From positions 1 through 59,571 of the IMG/VR virus record IMGVR_UViG_3300009108_000010: DNA of 59,571 nt, one strand, 5' to 3'. The stretch comes from a virus (Duplodnaviria; Caudoviricetes). The notes beneath the pieces are model-generated. The model had not been told where the DNA came from. It saw nothing but the letters and a program-made list of their open reading frames with translations, and did no database searches. The first letter of the stretch is position 1; each line of letters starts with the position of its first letter. Positions 38,644 to 48,153 of the stretch are shown here, in pieces. A program made the translations under genes and the position numbers.

Positions 38644-39852
38644 ATGGCTGATGGTTTACGTTCACTTAAATATGGTATTGGTGATCAAACAACTTCAAAT
38701 CTTACAAAACAGGATTTGAAGAACATGGGATTACTTTCAGCACAAATGCTTCCTATGTCTGATATAGCAAGAGAAACTGGACTATCAAGTATAGAACCTA
38801 CTATCTATCAGGATCTAAAAAATAAAAGATACATGGATGCATTATTAAAAGGTATTAGTACTGCAGGAGATGTTGGTACAGGTACAGGAGCTGTAATGAT
38901 GGCTACAGGAGCTGGTGCACCCATAGGAGCAGCAGTAATAGGTGCAAGTCAATTAGCTAAGTTAGCTGCTAAAATGGCTAGTAAAACTAAAGTACCAGAA
39001 ATAGCAAAAGATTTAAATACTACAGAAGCAATAACTGGATATATTATTGATCCTGCTAAACTTTCTCGAAATCAATTAATAGCTAAAATAGAAAATAATA
39101 AAGAAATAAAAACTAAAACAACTAACTATTTAGATGAACAAGGATATGGTGATACTATTCCAGTTTATAGAATTATTTCTGTACAAGATAAAACAGCAGG
39201 ACTTCCAGGAAGACAAAAAGTAATAGAAAAAGCAGAAATAGGAAAAGAAAGTTTAATATCAGGATCACTTACTCCAGAAGCTAATTTAAAAACTATAAAA
39301 TTTTTTCAAGATAAAGGAGCTACGCAACAACAAATAGTTCGTTATGATGTTCCTAGAAATAAGATTAAACTAACTATGGGTAGTATTAAAGATGATATTA
39401 AACAAAATGTTAATAAAAAATTAAAACAAAAAGGTTTTGGTCAAGAAAAAATATCTGGTGTTGAAACTATAACTAATCCAAGTAAATCAGCAAAAAATCT
39501 TATTGATATGCAAGAAGAAATTATTGCTGATGTTTCTGGATTAAAACAAACTGTTTTAGGAAGTCCACAAGATTTAGTACCTATTGATGTTAATAGAATA
39601 TTAAGTGGTGAAATAAAAACTTTTAAAGATTTTAAAAAGAATCTTCCTTCCAGTTTTAGTTATGCATCACTAGAAGATTTGGACAAATTATTTAATAAAA
39701 AAATATCTTTAGATGAATTTCGTAAAATTGAAAATGCTAAAACAAAAGAAGCTTTTGATAAAATTGTAGATTTTTATGGTATTAAAATAAAGAAAAACCA
39801 AGGGGGTATGATCATGCGTGATCCATATAAGAGAGAAGCGAGGTTTATATAA
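38644..39852 (+). CDS. Variable protein between terL and portal; candidate ADP-ribosyltransferase-like domain
   Basis: Gly/Ala-rich hydrophobic N-part; VYR...SGSLT...RYDVP...QEEII pattern; C-terminal KNQGG. Confidence 0.5.
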   Translation: MADGLRSLKYGIGDQTTSNLTKQDLKNMGLLSAQMLPMSDIARETGLSSIEPTIYQDLKNKRYMDALLKGISTAGDVGTGTGAVMMATGAGAPIGAAVIGASQLAKLAAKMASKTKVPEIAKDLNTTEAITGYIIDPAKLSRNQLIAKIENNKEIKTKTTNYLDEQGYGDTIPVYRIISVQDKTAGLPGRQKVIEKAEIGKESLISGSLTPEANLKTIKFFQDKGATQQQIVRYDVPRNKIKLTMGSIKDDIKQNVNKKLKQKGFGQEKISGVETITNPSKSAKNLIDMQEEIIADVSGLKQTVLGSPQDLVPIDVNRILSGEIKTFKDFKKNLPSSFSYASLEDLDKLFNKKISLDEFRKIENAKTKEAFDKIVDFYGIKIKKNQGGMIMRDPYKREARFI

Positions 39853-42410
39853 TGGCAACAGAACGTAATCCATTTGAACAGATACCAGAAGAAGTATCAA
39901 ACGTAGTTAATATACCAAAACCTGAAGAAGCTACAATGGCACAACCAACATTTGAAATGGATACAGATGGTGGTGTTATTGTTGATCTTGAAGGTACATC
40001 ACCAGAAATGGGAGCTGAAGAATCTGTACAAGAATGGTATGGTAATTTAGTTGATACATTAGATGAAGAACAAATAACAACTATAGCAACTGAAGTTATT
40101 GATTGTTTTACATCAGATAGAGATTCTCGACAAGAATGGGAGTCTATGTTTGAAAGAGGATTTGATTTATTAGGATTAAAAATACAAGATTCATCAGAAC
40201 CATTTGAAGGTGCATGTACAGCAGTACATCCTATGTTAATTGAATCTGCTGTTAAATTTCAATCAAAAGCTATACAAGAATTATTTCCACCTTCAGGTCC
40301 AGTTAAAGCACATATACTAGGTAAGACTACTCCTGAAAGAGAAGATCAAGCTAATCGTGTACAAGAATTTATGAACTATCAAACAACAGAGCAGATGCCT
40401 GAATACTTTGATGAGTTTGAAAGAATGCTGTTCCACCTCCCTTTAATAGGATCAGCATTTAAAAAAGTTTATTATGATGCAACATTAAAAAGACCAGTAT
40501 CTGAATTTGTTCCTATTGATCAATTCTATGTATCTTATTATGCATCTAATCTAAAAAAAGCAGATAGATATACACATGTAATATATAGAAGTCCTGTTGA
40601 TCTTGCAAAAGATATACGATCAGGAATATATAGTGATATAGAATTACCAGATGCAACAAATCCACAACCTACATCATTTTCTTCTAAAATGGATACTATA
40701 TTAGGATTATCACCTACAGAAAATAATGATCCTCAATATACATTACTAGAACAACATTGTTATCTAGAAATAGAAGAAGACTATGCTCTTCCTTATATTG
40801 TTACAGTTGAAGAGCAATCAAAACAAATTTTAAGTATTCGTAGAAACTATAAGAAGGATGATAAGAATCAAGAAAAAGTCTCGCACTTTGTACATTATAG
40901 ATTCGTTCCAGGATTTGGTTTCTATGGATTTGGTCTCATGCACTTCTTAGGAAATCTTACTATGACTGCTACAGCAGCTATGAGAAGTCTAGTGGATGCA
41001 GGTCAATTCGCAAACTTGCCAGGAGGATTTAAAGCAAAAGGTGTAAGGATTGTTGGTGATAATGAACCAATAAGTCCAGGTGAGTTCAAAGAAGTAGAAG
41101 CAACAGGACAAGATTTGAATAAGGCAATTATCTCTCTCCCTTATAAAGAACCTTCCTCAACTCTTTTCCAAATGTTGGGCTTTGTAACTGCAGCAGGACA
41201 GAAGTTTGCAGACAGTACAGAACAAATAGTTTCTGATGCTGCATCTTATGGACCTGTTGGAACGACTATGGCATTACTTGAAGCATCAAGTAAGTTCTTC
41301 TCTGCTATACATAAGAGATTACATAAATCTCAAAGAGATGAATTTAAAATACTTGCAAGAATCAATTATGATTACTTACCTTCAGAGTATCCATATGAAG
41401 TTCCTTTTGCTGAAAAAAGTGTAATGAAACAAGACTTTGATGGAAGAGTGGATGTTATCCCTGTCTCAGATCCTAATATTCCATCAAATGCACATAGAAT
41501 GATGATTGCACAAATGGCTTTACAAATGGCACAGCAATCACCTCCTGGTATGTTTAATCTAGAAGCATTAAATAGAACTATTTTAAATTCTGCTAATATG
41601 CCTAATCTAGAAGAAGTATTACCACCAAAACAAGAACCACAAGAGATGGACCCAGTATCTGATATTATGGCTGCTACTAAAGGTATACCTATTGCAGCAT
41701 TTGCTGGACAAAACCATGATGCACATATACAAACAAAGATGGCATACTTACAAGACCCACAGAATGGTGCTAATCCTATAATGGCTAGATTAAAACCAAT
41801 ATTAGAAGCAAATATACAAGAACATTCTGTTATGAAATATCAAGAACAAATGAATGGAATGGCAAGAATAGCAATGGAACAAATGCCACCTGAACAACAA
41901 AAAGATCCTAAAGTTGCAGAAGCAGCTATGGCTACTGCAGCACAACAAGTATTAAATGCAAATCAAGCTATGGGTCAAGCACAATCACCTGAACAACAAA
42001 TGGTAGCTTTAGAACAAGCTAAAGTAGAATTAGAGAAACAGAAGCTACAAGCAACATCTGCTAAGTATTCTGCAGATTCTGCATTAGATGCACAGAAATT
42101 GGAATTAGAGGAAGCTAAATTATTAGTGGAATCTGGTAAAGCTGGTCAAGATGCAATATTGAAAAAAGAAAAGTCTGATCTTGATAGAGAAAGTAAAGAA
42201 ACTATGAAAGCTCTTGATAATCTAACTAAAACAATTATTGCAGATCAGAAAGCTGAAATTGATCTAGAGAAAATTCGTATGACTGCTCTAGAGAAAATTT
42301 CACAAATGGAAGATCTAGATAGTAGACAACGAAGTTTAAAACTTATAGATATTATGATGGATCTATTAAAAGAAGAAATGAAAGGAGAAAATAATGCCAA
42401 TAGGGAATAA
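39852..42410 (+). CDS. Portal protein (P22-like, long barrel)
   Basis: 852 aa after terL; PFEGAC.AVHP, FMNYQ, GSAFKKVYYD, GFYGFGL, PVGTTMALLE; Q-rich helical C-terminus. Confidence 0.88.
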   Translation: MATERNPFEQIPEEVSNVVNIPKPEEATMAQPTFEMDTDGGVIVDLEGTSPEMGAEESVQEWYGNLVDTLDEEQITTIATEVIDCFTSDRDSRQEWESMFERGFDLLGLKIQDSSEPFEGACTAVHPMLIESAVKFQSKAIQELFPPSGPVKAHILGKTTPEREDQANRVQEFMNYQTTEQMPEYFDEFERMLFHLPLIGSAFKKVYYDATLKRPVSEFVPIDQFYVSYYASNLKKADRYTHVIYRSPVDLAKDIRSGIYSDIELPDATNPQPTSFSSKMDTILGLSPTENNDPQYTLLEQHCYLEIEEDYALPYIVTVEEQSKQILSIRRNYKKDDKNQEKVSHFVHYRFVPGFGFYGFGLMHFLGNLTMTATAAMRSLVDAGQFANLPGGFKAKGVRIVGDNEPISPGEFKEVEATGQDLNKAIISLPYKEPSSTLFQMLGFVTAAGQKFADSTEQIVSDAASYGPVGTTMALLEASSKFFSAIHKRLHKSQRDEFKILARINYDYLPSEYPYEVPFAEKSVMKQDFDGRVDVIPVSDPNIPSNAHRMMIAQMALQMAQQSPPGMFNLEALNRTILNSANMPNLEEVLPPKQEPQEMDPVSDIMAATKGIPIAAFAGQNHDAHIQTKMAYLQDPQNGANPIMARLKPILEANIQEHSVMKYQEQMNGMARIAMEQMPPEQQKDPKVAEAAMATAAQQVLNANQAMGQAQSPEQQMVALEQAKVELEKQKLQATSAKYSADSALDAQKLELEEAKLLVESGKAGQDAILKKEKSDLDRESKETMKALDNLTKTIIADQKAEIDLEKIRMTALEKISQMEDLDSRQRSLKLIDIMMDLLKEEMKGENNANRE

Positions 42411-42600
42411 AGCATATCCTGTTGATAAAGGTATTACTAATGGTAAACCTATGCATGTACCTAATAAAGATGGTGGTTTGTATGGAGATTATACTAAGAT
42501 GTCACAAAGTGACTATGGTAGTAGACCTAAAAAAGGTGTAACTTTAAAATGGGAAGATAAAGCTTGGAAATATCCAAGTCCTACGAAAGGAAAAAGATAA
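42394..42600 (+). CDS. Hypothetical protein
   Basis: 68 aa, SD aaggag. Confidence 0.55.
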   Translation: MPIGNKAYPVDKGITNGKPMHVPNKDGGLYGDYTKMSQSDYGSRPKKGVTLKWEDKAWKYPSPTKGKR

Positions 42601-42674
42601 TGTGGACTAAACCTAATATTAAAGAAATATCTGTTGGATTAGAAATTAACTGCTATATGTGTGCAGAAATCTAA
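42600..42674 (+). CDS. pqqA: PQQ precursor peptide PqqA-like (24 aa, not in ORF track)
   Basis: MWTKPNIKEISVGLEINCYMCAEI: W-x-x-P start, G-x-E-x-x-x-Y core; TAATG coupling and SD aagga; fills the intergenic gap. Confidence 0.85.
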   Translation: MWTKPNIKEISVGLEINCYMCAEI

Positions 42675-42678
42675 TTAA

Positions 42679-42876
42679 ATGGAAATATGGGATGAGGTTG
42701 TTAAAGAATTTAATGACGAACTCAATAAATTAAGAACTGGTGTTTGTGAAGGGCAATCAGATAATTTTGCTCATTACAGACAAATGGTTGGGCACATTTA
42801 TGGAATTGAATGGTCCAGAAATAAACTAACAGATATTGTTAAAAAACGTATCTATTCAGATGAAGAGGAAGACTAA
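42679..42876 (+). CDS. Hypothetical protein preceding groES
   Basis: Y.Q.VG.I.G motif; coupled to groES. Confidence 0.65.
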   Translation: MEIWDEVVKEFNDELNKLRTGVCEGQSDNFAHYRQMVGHIYGIEWSRNKLTDIVKKRIYSDEEED

Positions 42877-43301
42877 TGCAACAGGTATCATTAGCTAAGA
42901 CTATTAAGAATGATATGTGGATTACAGAAGAAGATCAAAGTGATCCAAATATTCTACCTGAACTTCCAGGTTTTCATGTACTCGTAAGACCTGTCTCAAT
43001 TAAAGAAAAGACAAAAGGTGGTATACTATTACCTGATTCAACAAAGGAAGACATGTCCTATCTTACTACAGTAGGTCGTGTGGTAGCTCTAGGAGATTTA
43101 GCTTATCAAGATAAAGATAAATTTCCTAAAGGTGAATGGTGTAAAAAAGGTGATTATGTTTGTTATGGAAAACATTCAGGTCAAAAGATAAAATATAAGG
43201 GTATTCGTCTTATATTATTATTTGATGATCAAATTATTATGCGTGTGGAACATCCAAAAGATCTAGATCCAACCTTTAATTTACATGCAGGTAGTGCATA
43301 A
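42876..43301 (+). CDS. groES: Co-chaperonin GroES-like
   Basis: VLVRP...EKTKGGILLPD...VGRVVALG.LAY...GDYV.YGK.SG...L.DD.I. Confidence 0.9.
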   Translation: MQQVSLAKTIKNDMWITEEDQSDPNILPELPGFHVLVRPVSIKEKTKGGILLPDSTKEDMSYLTTVGRVVALGDLAYQDKDKFPKGEWCKKGDYVCYGKHSGQKIKYKGIRLILLFDDQIIMRVEHPKDLDPTFNLHAGSA

Positions 43302-43304
43302 AAC

Positions 43305-43333
43305 TTGCACTAACTCAATTTTTGTAGTATAAT
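43305..43333 (+). promoter_or_regulatory. sigma70 promoter for the scaffold/capsid operon
   Basis: TTGCAC-17 bp-TATAAT. Confidence 0.7.
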
Positions 43334-43384
43334 ATAAGGTATATACGTAAGTCGTATGTCTCGTAAACAACGAAAGGAAGAACT

Positions 43385-44362
43385 ATGTCTGAAGAAGAAA
43401 AAAAAGAAGAATGGGATGAAGTCGTTCCAGAAAAAAAAGAAGAAAAAGAAAAAGTAGAATATGAAGTAGAAGGAGAAGAAAATGAAAAAATTAAAACTAC
43501 TTCGTCTACTAAAGAAAAAGAAGAATTTCCAAAAGAAGAAGTACCCAAAGAGCTTGAAGGTATTGAAACTAAAGGAGCACAAAAGCGAATACGTCAATTA
43601 GTTAAACAACGTAAAGAACGTGATGAACATATTGCTCAAGTTATACAACAAAATGAACAATTATCACATCAATTAAATCAGGTTAATCAACAATTTACAA
43701 ATGCTAGAGGAGTAAATTTAGATACTACTGAAAAACAATTAGCTGATAAATTAGTGTTAGCACGTAATGCTTATAAAGTTGCACATGAAGAAGGTGATTC
43801 TCAAAAAGTTTTACAAGCTCAAGAAATACTAAATGATGTACAAACTGATTTAAAATCAGTACAAATACATAAACAACAGTTTCAACAGCAGCCACAACAA
43901 ACTCAAGGTATAGGTAGACAACAACCACAATATCAACCTCAACCTACACCTGATCCTCAAGCACAAGATTGGGCATCAAAAAATGAATGGTTTGGTGCTG
44001 ATAGAGTAATGACTGCTGCTGCATTAGCAATAGATGCAGAATTAAAAGAAGAAGGTTTTAGTCCTACAGAACCTGAATTTTATCAGGAAGTTAATAATAG
44101 GATAAAAGAAACATTTCCTCATAAGTTTTCAACAACCAACGAGGAAGTTCGTCAGCAGGGGAAAACGTCATCTCCTGCTCAAGTAGTAGCTGGAGCATCT
44201 CGCAGCTCTCCAGGTTCTAATAAAAAAGTTAAACTATCTAAAGAAGATATTCGTTTAGCTAATAAATGGAATGTACCACTTGAAAAGTATGCAGAAGAAA
44301 AACTAAAAGCTGATAAAGCTGAAGGTGAGTATACTACAATTAATATGCAGCGTGGAGGATAA
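43385..44362 (+). CDS. Capsid scaffolding protein
   Basis: Acidic N-terminus, coiled coil (QKRIRQL), DP.A..W...N.WFG, C-terminal VPLEKYA; upstream of the MCP. Confidence 0.7.
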   Translation: MSEEEKKEEWDEVVPEKKEEKEKVEYEVEGEENEKIKTTSSTKEKEEFPKEEVPKELEGIETKGAQKRIRQLVKQRKERDEHIAQVIQQNEQLSHQLNQVNQQFTNARGVNLDTTEKQLADKLVLARNAYKVAHEEGDSQKVLQAQEILNDVQTDLKSVQIHKQQFQQQPQQTQGIGRQQPQYQPQPTPDPQAQDWASKNEWFGADRVMTAAALAIDAELKEEGFSPTEPEFYQEVNNRIKETFPHKFSTTNEEVRQQGKTSSPAQVVAGASRSSPGSNKKVKLSKEDIRLANKWNVPLEKYAEEKLKADKAEGEYTTINMQRGG

Positions 44363-44366
44363 AGTT

Positions 44367-44858
44367 ATGACACGAACAAATACACGTAGTTCTGAAGCTC
44401 GTGAGAACTTAGATAGAGAAACAACTGAATATACTTTTGAGGAGCAAGATGCTCTTCATATTCCTGAAGCAGTTACAAATCGTTTCGCCAACGAAGGTAT
44501 GACTCTTGGATGGTTAAGAATAACTCTTAAAGGTCAAGAAGATTATAAATACATAGGTAAGAAATTGCAAGAAGGATGGGAGTTTGTTTCAAAAGACGAA
44601 GTTCCTGAACTTGGATCAACATCTGTCGTTAGGGATGAAGGTAGATATGCTGGAGCAATCTGTCGTGGAGATATTGCATTAGGAAAAATTCCTACTAGAA
44701 TCTACAAAGCTAGAAGTGAACACTATAGAAAAAAATCTGATCAGTTAATGGATGCAGTTAATTCACAACTGATGAGAGGTAATAATTCTAGAATGCCCAT
44801 TTCTAATACTAGTAAAACACAAACAATAAAAGGGCGAACACCTAGATTTCAGGAATAG
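44367..44858 (+). CDS. Head-associated protein
   Basis: Likely start MTRTNTR after SD ggagga; W.R...EGWEFV motif. Confidence 0.6.
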   Translation: MTRTNTRSSEARENLDRETTEYTFEEQDALHIPEAVTNRFANEGMTLGWLRITLKGQEDYKYIGKKLQEGWEFVSKDEVPELGSTSVVRDEGRYAGAICRGDIALGKIPTRIYKARSEHYRKKSDQLMDAVNSQLMRGNNSRMPISNTSKTQTIKGRTPRFQE

Positions 44859-44881
44859 TCCTTTAGAAAAGGAGACAAAAC

Positions 44882-45496
44882 ATGTCAACAACTAAAGCGT
44901 TTCGTGGTTTTGTTCCTGCTCGTAAAAAAGATGGAGCTTATAATACTGGTTCCTTTACGCAGATTTTCTCACCTACTTCAGGTGGTGCTTGTAATAATAA
45001 TATTTTTACTGGCGATCCTGTAGTTTTACCTGGTGCTAATCTTGCTACTATTCAACCACATGTGGCTGGTACGCTAAAACCCTCTGGGATTTTTGCTGGC
45101 TGCTCATATGTATATAATGGAGAGCAAAAGTTTAGTAGGTATTGGGGTACAGGAACCTCTGCGAATGGATATTCAGATGTTAAGTTCTTTATCATAACTG
45201 ATCCAAATCAGACATATTACATCCAATGTAGTCTGTCTTTGTCTGCAAACGAACTAATGGTTGTTAAAAACTATAATGTAACTGTAAGTTCAACTGCAAG
45301 TTCTGGTGATACCACAACTGGTCAGTCAAGCTACTATATGTTAGCAGCGAGTGGAGCAGAATCTGAACAACAACTAAGAGTCATAGGTAAGAAGCAAGAT
45401 GATGGAGAAGCTGATTCAGATGCTTATCCTATTGTGGAAGTATGGCTAAACATGCATAGAGATCGCTACGTTACAGCGACTGCATCTTCAGCATAG
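44882..45496 (+). CDS. Minor capsid/decoration-like protein
   Basis: GFVP...IFTGDPV...G.F.GC.Y...DP...Y.IQ...G.S; directly upstream of the MCP. Confidence 0.6.
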   Translation: MSTTKAFRGFVPARKKDGAYNTGSFTQIFSPTSGGACNNNIFTGDPVVLPGANLATIQPHVAGTLKPSGIFAGCSYVYNGEQKFSRYWGTGTSANGYSDVKFFIITDPNQTYYIQCSLSLSANELMVVKNYNVTVSSTASSGDTTTGQSSYYMLAASGAESEQQLRVIGKKQDDGEADSDAYPIVEVWLNMHRDRYVTATASSA

Positions 45497-45510
45497 AAAG
45501 GAAATAGAAA

Positions 45511-46419
45511 ATGGCTATAAATAGATCGAGTATCGCCAAAGAACTCCTTCCTGGATTGAACGCAGTCTTTGGAACAGAGTATGGCGAAGTTAATGATGAG
45601 CACAAACCATTATTTGAAATAGAAAATTCTGATCGAGCATTCGAGGAAGAAGTTCTATTTACAGGTTTTGGTACTGCTCCAGATAAAACAGAAGGTGCTG
45701 CTGTAAGTTATGATGACGCACAAGAATCATATACAGCTCGTTATGATAACGAAACAGTAGCTCTAGCTTTTGCAGTAACAGAGGAAGCTATGGAGGATAA
45801 CCTCTATGATACTTTCGCTAAGTTACGTGCAAAAGGTCTTGCAAGAGCAATGGCAAATACCAAGCAAGTAAAAGCTGCTAAAGTCTTTAATAATGGCTTT
45901 ACTGCTGGAGCTTCTGCTATTGGTGATGGTGTAGCATTCTTTAGTGCTTCTCACCCAACTATTGCTGATGGAACTCAAGACAATAGAGCATCTGCTGCAG
46001 CAATAGCTGAAGGTACTTTAGAAAGTGCAGTAATTCAAATACAGAAAACAAAAGATGATAGAGGTATCTTAATTGGTGCTTCTGCAGTATCTTTACATGT
46101 TCCTGTTGATTTACTATTTACAGCAGATCAATTATTAAATACTCCAGGTACACCTGGTGGATCTAATAATGACATCAATGCTGTAAGACACTTGGGAGTA
46201 TTTCCAGATGGCTTCTTCGTAAACAGACGTTTTACTGATACCAATGCTTGGTTCATTAAAACTGATGTACCTAATGGTACTAAGATGTTTACAAGAACAC
46301 CTTTACAAACTAAAATGGAACCAGACTTCGATACTGGCAACCTAAGATTTAAAGCACGTGAAAGATATTCTTTTGGTGTTTCAGATTGGCGTGGCTGGTA
46401 TGGTAATGCTGGTGCATAA
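45511..46419 (+). CDS. Major capsid protein
   Basis: MAINR...KELLPGLNA.FG.EY, SDRAFEEEV, ITEEA-like VTEEAMEDNLY, FDTGNLRFKARERYSFG.SDWR. Confidence 0.9.
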   Translation: MAINRSSIAKELLPGLNAVFGTEYGEVNDEHKPLFEIENSDRAFEEEVLFTGFGTAPDKTEGAAVSYDDAQESYTARYDNETVALAFAVTEEAMEDNLYDTFAKLRAKGLARAMANTKQVKAAKVFNNGFTAGASAIGDGVAFFSASHPTIADGTQDNRASAAAIAEGTLESAVIQIQKTKDDRGILIGASAVSLHVPVDLLFTADQLLNTPGTPGGSNNDINAVRHLGVFPDGFFVNRRFTDTNAWFIKTDVPNGTKMFTRTPLQTKMEPDFDTGNLRFKARERYSFGVSDWRGWYGNAGA

Positions 46420-46431
46420 ACTATAGTATAT

Positions 46432-46459
46432 GAGAGAGGATAAGAAATTATTCTCTCTC
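46432..46459 (+). terminator. Hairpin after the MCP gene
   Basis: gagagaggataa-GAAA-ttattctctctc; weak U-tract suggests partial read-through. Confidence 0.6.
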
Positions 46460-46481
46460 TATACACTTTAAAGGAAGAAAT

Positions 46482-46751
46482 ATGGCAACAAATATTACAT
46501 CAAAATTTTTAGCAGGTACTGGTGTTATTGTTACAACATCTAATACTTCTCGTATTATAGGTTTACATGTATATTCTACAGTTAATGGAACTTTTGATAT
46601 TACTGATAGTGGTGGAAGTAAAATAAAATTTCAAGTTCCTGCAAGTGGACAAGCAGATATTTATATAGGAGAAATGGGTATTAGGTGTGATGCAACAGTA
46701 TGTTGTTCAGCTCCAGGTGCTAATGGTGGCGTAACTTTATTATTAGGATAA
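46482..46751 (+). CDS. Small virion protein
   Basis: 89 aa beta-rich, after the MCP. Confidence 0.55.
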   Translation: MATNITSKFLAGTGVIVTTSNTSRIIGLHVYSTVNGTFDITDSGGSKIKFQVPASGQADIYIGEMGIRCDATVCCSAPGANGGVTLLLG

Positions 46752-46755
46752 TTAC

Positions 46756-47436
46756 ATGCCAGCTTATTCTTATCTTAAAGATGACATTATAAATACAATA
46801 GAGAATAATTCAACAGAGTTTTCAGATCATATTCCTTATATGATTGAAAAAGCTGAAAATCGTTTAATGAAAGAATTAGATGATTCAGGGCTTGATTATT
46901 ATTCTTCATTTACATTTACAGCTTCAGATCCAGTAGTAAGTTTACCTGCTGGAGCATTAGTTATACGTAATGTAAATTTTAAAACAAGTGCTTCATCTAA
47001 TATAATTCCTTTACTACAAAGGTCTTATGAATATGCAATAGACTTTTGGGGATATGCAAGTGCATCTACTGGTACTCCCAGATACTATGCACGAAAAAAT
47101 AATACATCAATTTATATAGTACCTACTCCTGCATCAACATTAACAGGAGAAATTCAATATACAAAAAGACCATTAGCTTTATCAAGTGCAACAGGTACAA
47201 GTGCAACAACTTCTAATTACTTTAGTGAGTTTTGTTACAATGCTTTATTTAATGCATGTATGATAGAAGCTAATTATTTTATAAAAGATTTTAATACTAT
47301 TCAAGTTTGGGAAGGTAAGTATAAAAATTCCATAGATGGATTACGTAATCAAGCTAGACGTACTAGACAGGATGATATGGAAAGTCCAGCTAGTCCTGCT
47401 GGTGGTCCTAATCCAGTTCTACAAGGAGCTAACTAA
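46756..47436 (+). CDS. Head-tail adaptor-like protein
   Basis: Y..L...I...I..AE.R...G.P.YYA...I..P.P...EA..F.K pattern. Confidence 0.6.
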   Translation: MPAYSYLKDDIINTIENNSTEFSDHIPYMIEKAENRLMKELDDSGLDYYSSFTFTASDPVVSLPAGALVIRNVNFKTSASSNIIPLLQRSYEYAIDFWGYASASTGTPRYYARKNNTSIYIVPTPASTLTGEIQYTKRPLALSSATGTSATTSNYFSEFCYNALFNACMIEANYFIKDFNTIQVWEGKYKNSIDGLRNQARRTRQDDMESPASPAGGPNPVLQGAN

Positions 47437-47651
47437 TGGCTAACGATAATGATAATGAAGATCAAATTTTAGTTTTAGACGAAGATGGGAATATAATAGA
47501 TATTATTGATAAAGAAATGATGCAACTTGAATTATTTAAAACAAAAGATTTAAAACCAAATAAAACAGGTGGACAAATAAAAAAGAAAAGAAAAAGATCT
47601 AAAAAGAAACCTAGAGGTTGGGGTAAAGCTAGATATAAAGGAGCTAATTAG
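47436..47651 (+). CDS. Small protein with basic tail
   Basis: KTGGQI...KKKPRGWGKARY. Confidence 0.6.
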   Translation: MANDNDNEDQILVLDEDGNIIDIIDKEMMQLELFKTKDLKPNKTGGQIKKKRKRSKKKPRGWGKARYKGAN

Positions 47652-47881
47652 TGGCTGATAAAAAAAAATCTTTATGGAATAAATATAAAGAATCTCATGC
47701 ATCTAAAGTTGTAGATCCTTTATTTAAATATTGGACTGCAACTGAACTTGCTGATATGATAATGAATGCTTATTCAGGTGTACCATTATTTAAAGAAGGT
47801 GGGCAAATAGAAAAGAAAATAAAAAGAAAAAAAACTAAGAAAAAACCTAGAGGTTGGGGAAAAGCTAGATATGGTAAATAG
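47651..47881 (+). CDS. Small protein with basic tail (paralogous C-terminus)
   Basis: GTG start; KEGGQI...KKKPRGWGKARY. Confidence 0.6.
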   Translation: MADKKKSLWNKYKESHASKVVDPLFKYWTATELADMIMNAYSGVPLFKEGGQIEKKIKRKKTKKKPRGWGKARYGK

Positions 47882-47948
47882 AGCTAGTATTAGACAACAA
47901 ATAATGAAACCAAAAAATAAAAAGAAAAAAAAGAAAAGGAAAAAATAA
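47871..47948 (+). CDS. 25-aa poly-Lys peptide (not in ORF track)
   Basis: MVNRASIRQQIMKPKNKKKKKKRKK; fills the gap before 47950. Confidence 0.5.
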   Translation: MVNRASIRQQIMKPKNKKKKKKRKK

Positions 47949-47949
47949 A

Positions 47950-48153
47950 ATGTTAGGACCACATACAATACTACAAAGACCTGCAAAACTTGAAGAGATA
48001 AATGGGAAACCAACTGGTCAAGGTTTTGGTGCAGCTCGTAAAGGACCTCAAGTTCATGGTGGTCCTATAGAAGCTGTAACAGATGAGAAATATCCTGAAG
48101 GAGAATCTTTTAAAACTAACTTAAATGAAGTATCTAATATAGGAGTAAAGTAA
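47950..48153 (+). CDS. Small protein
   Basis: PTGQGFGAARKG motif. Confidence 0.55.
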   Translation: MLGPHTILQRPAKLEEINGKPTGQGFGAARKGPQVHGGPIEAVTDEKYPEGESFKTNLNEVSNIGVK

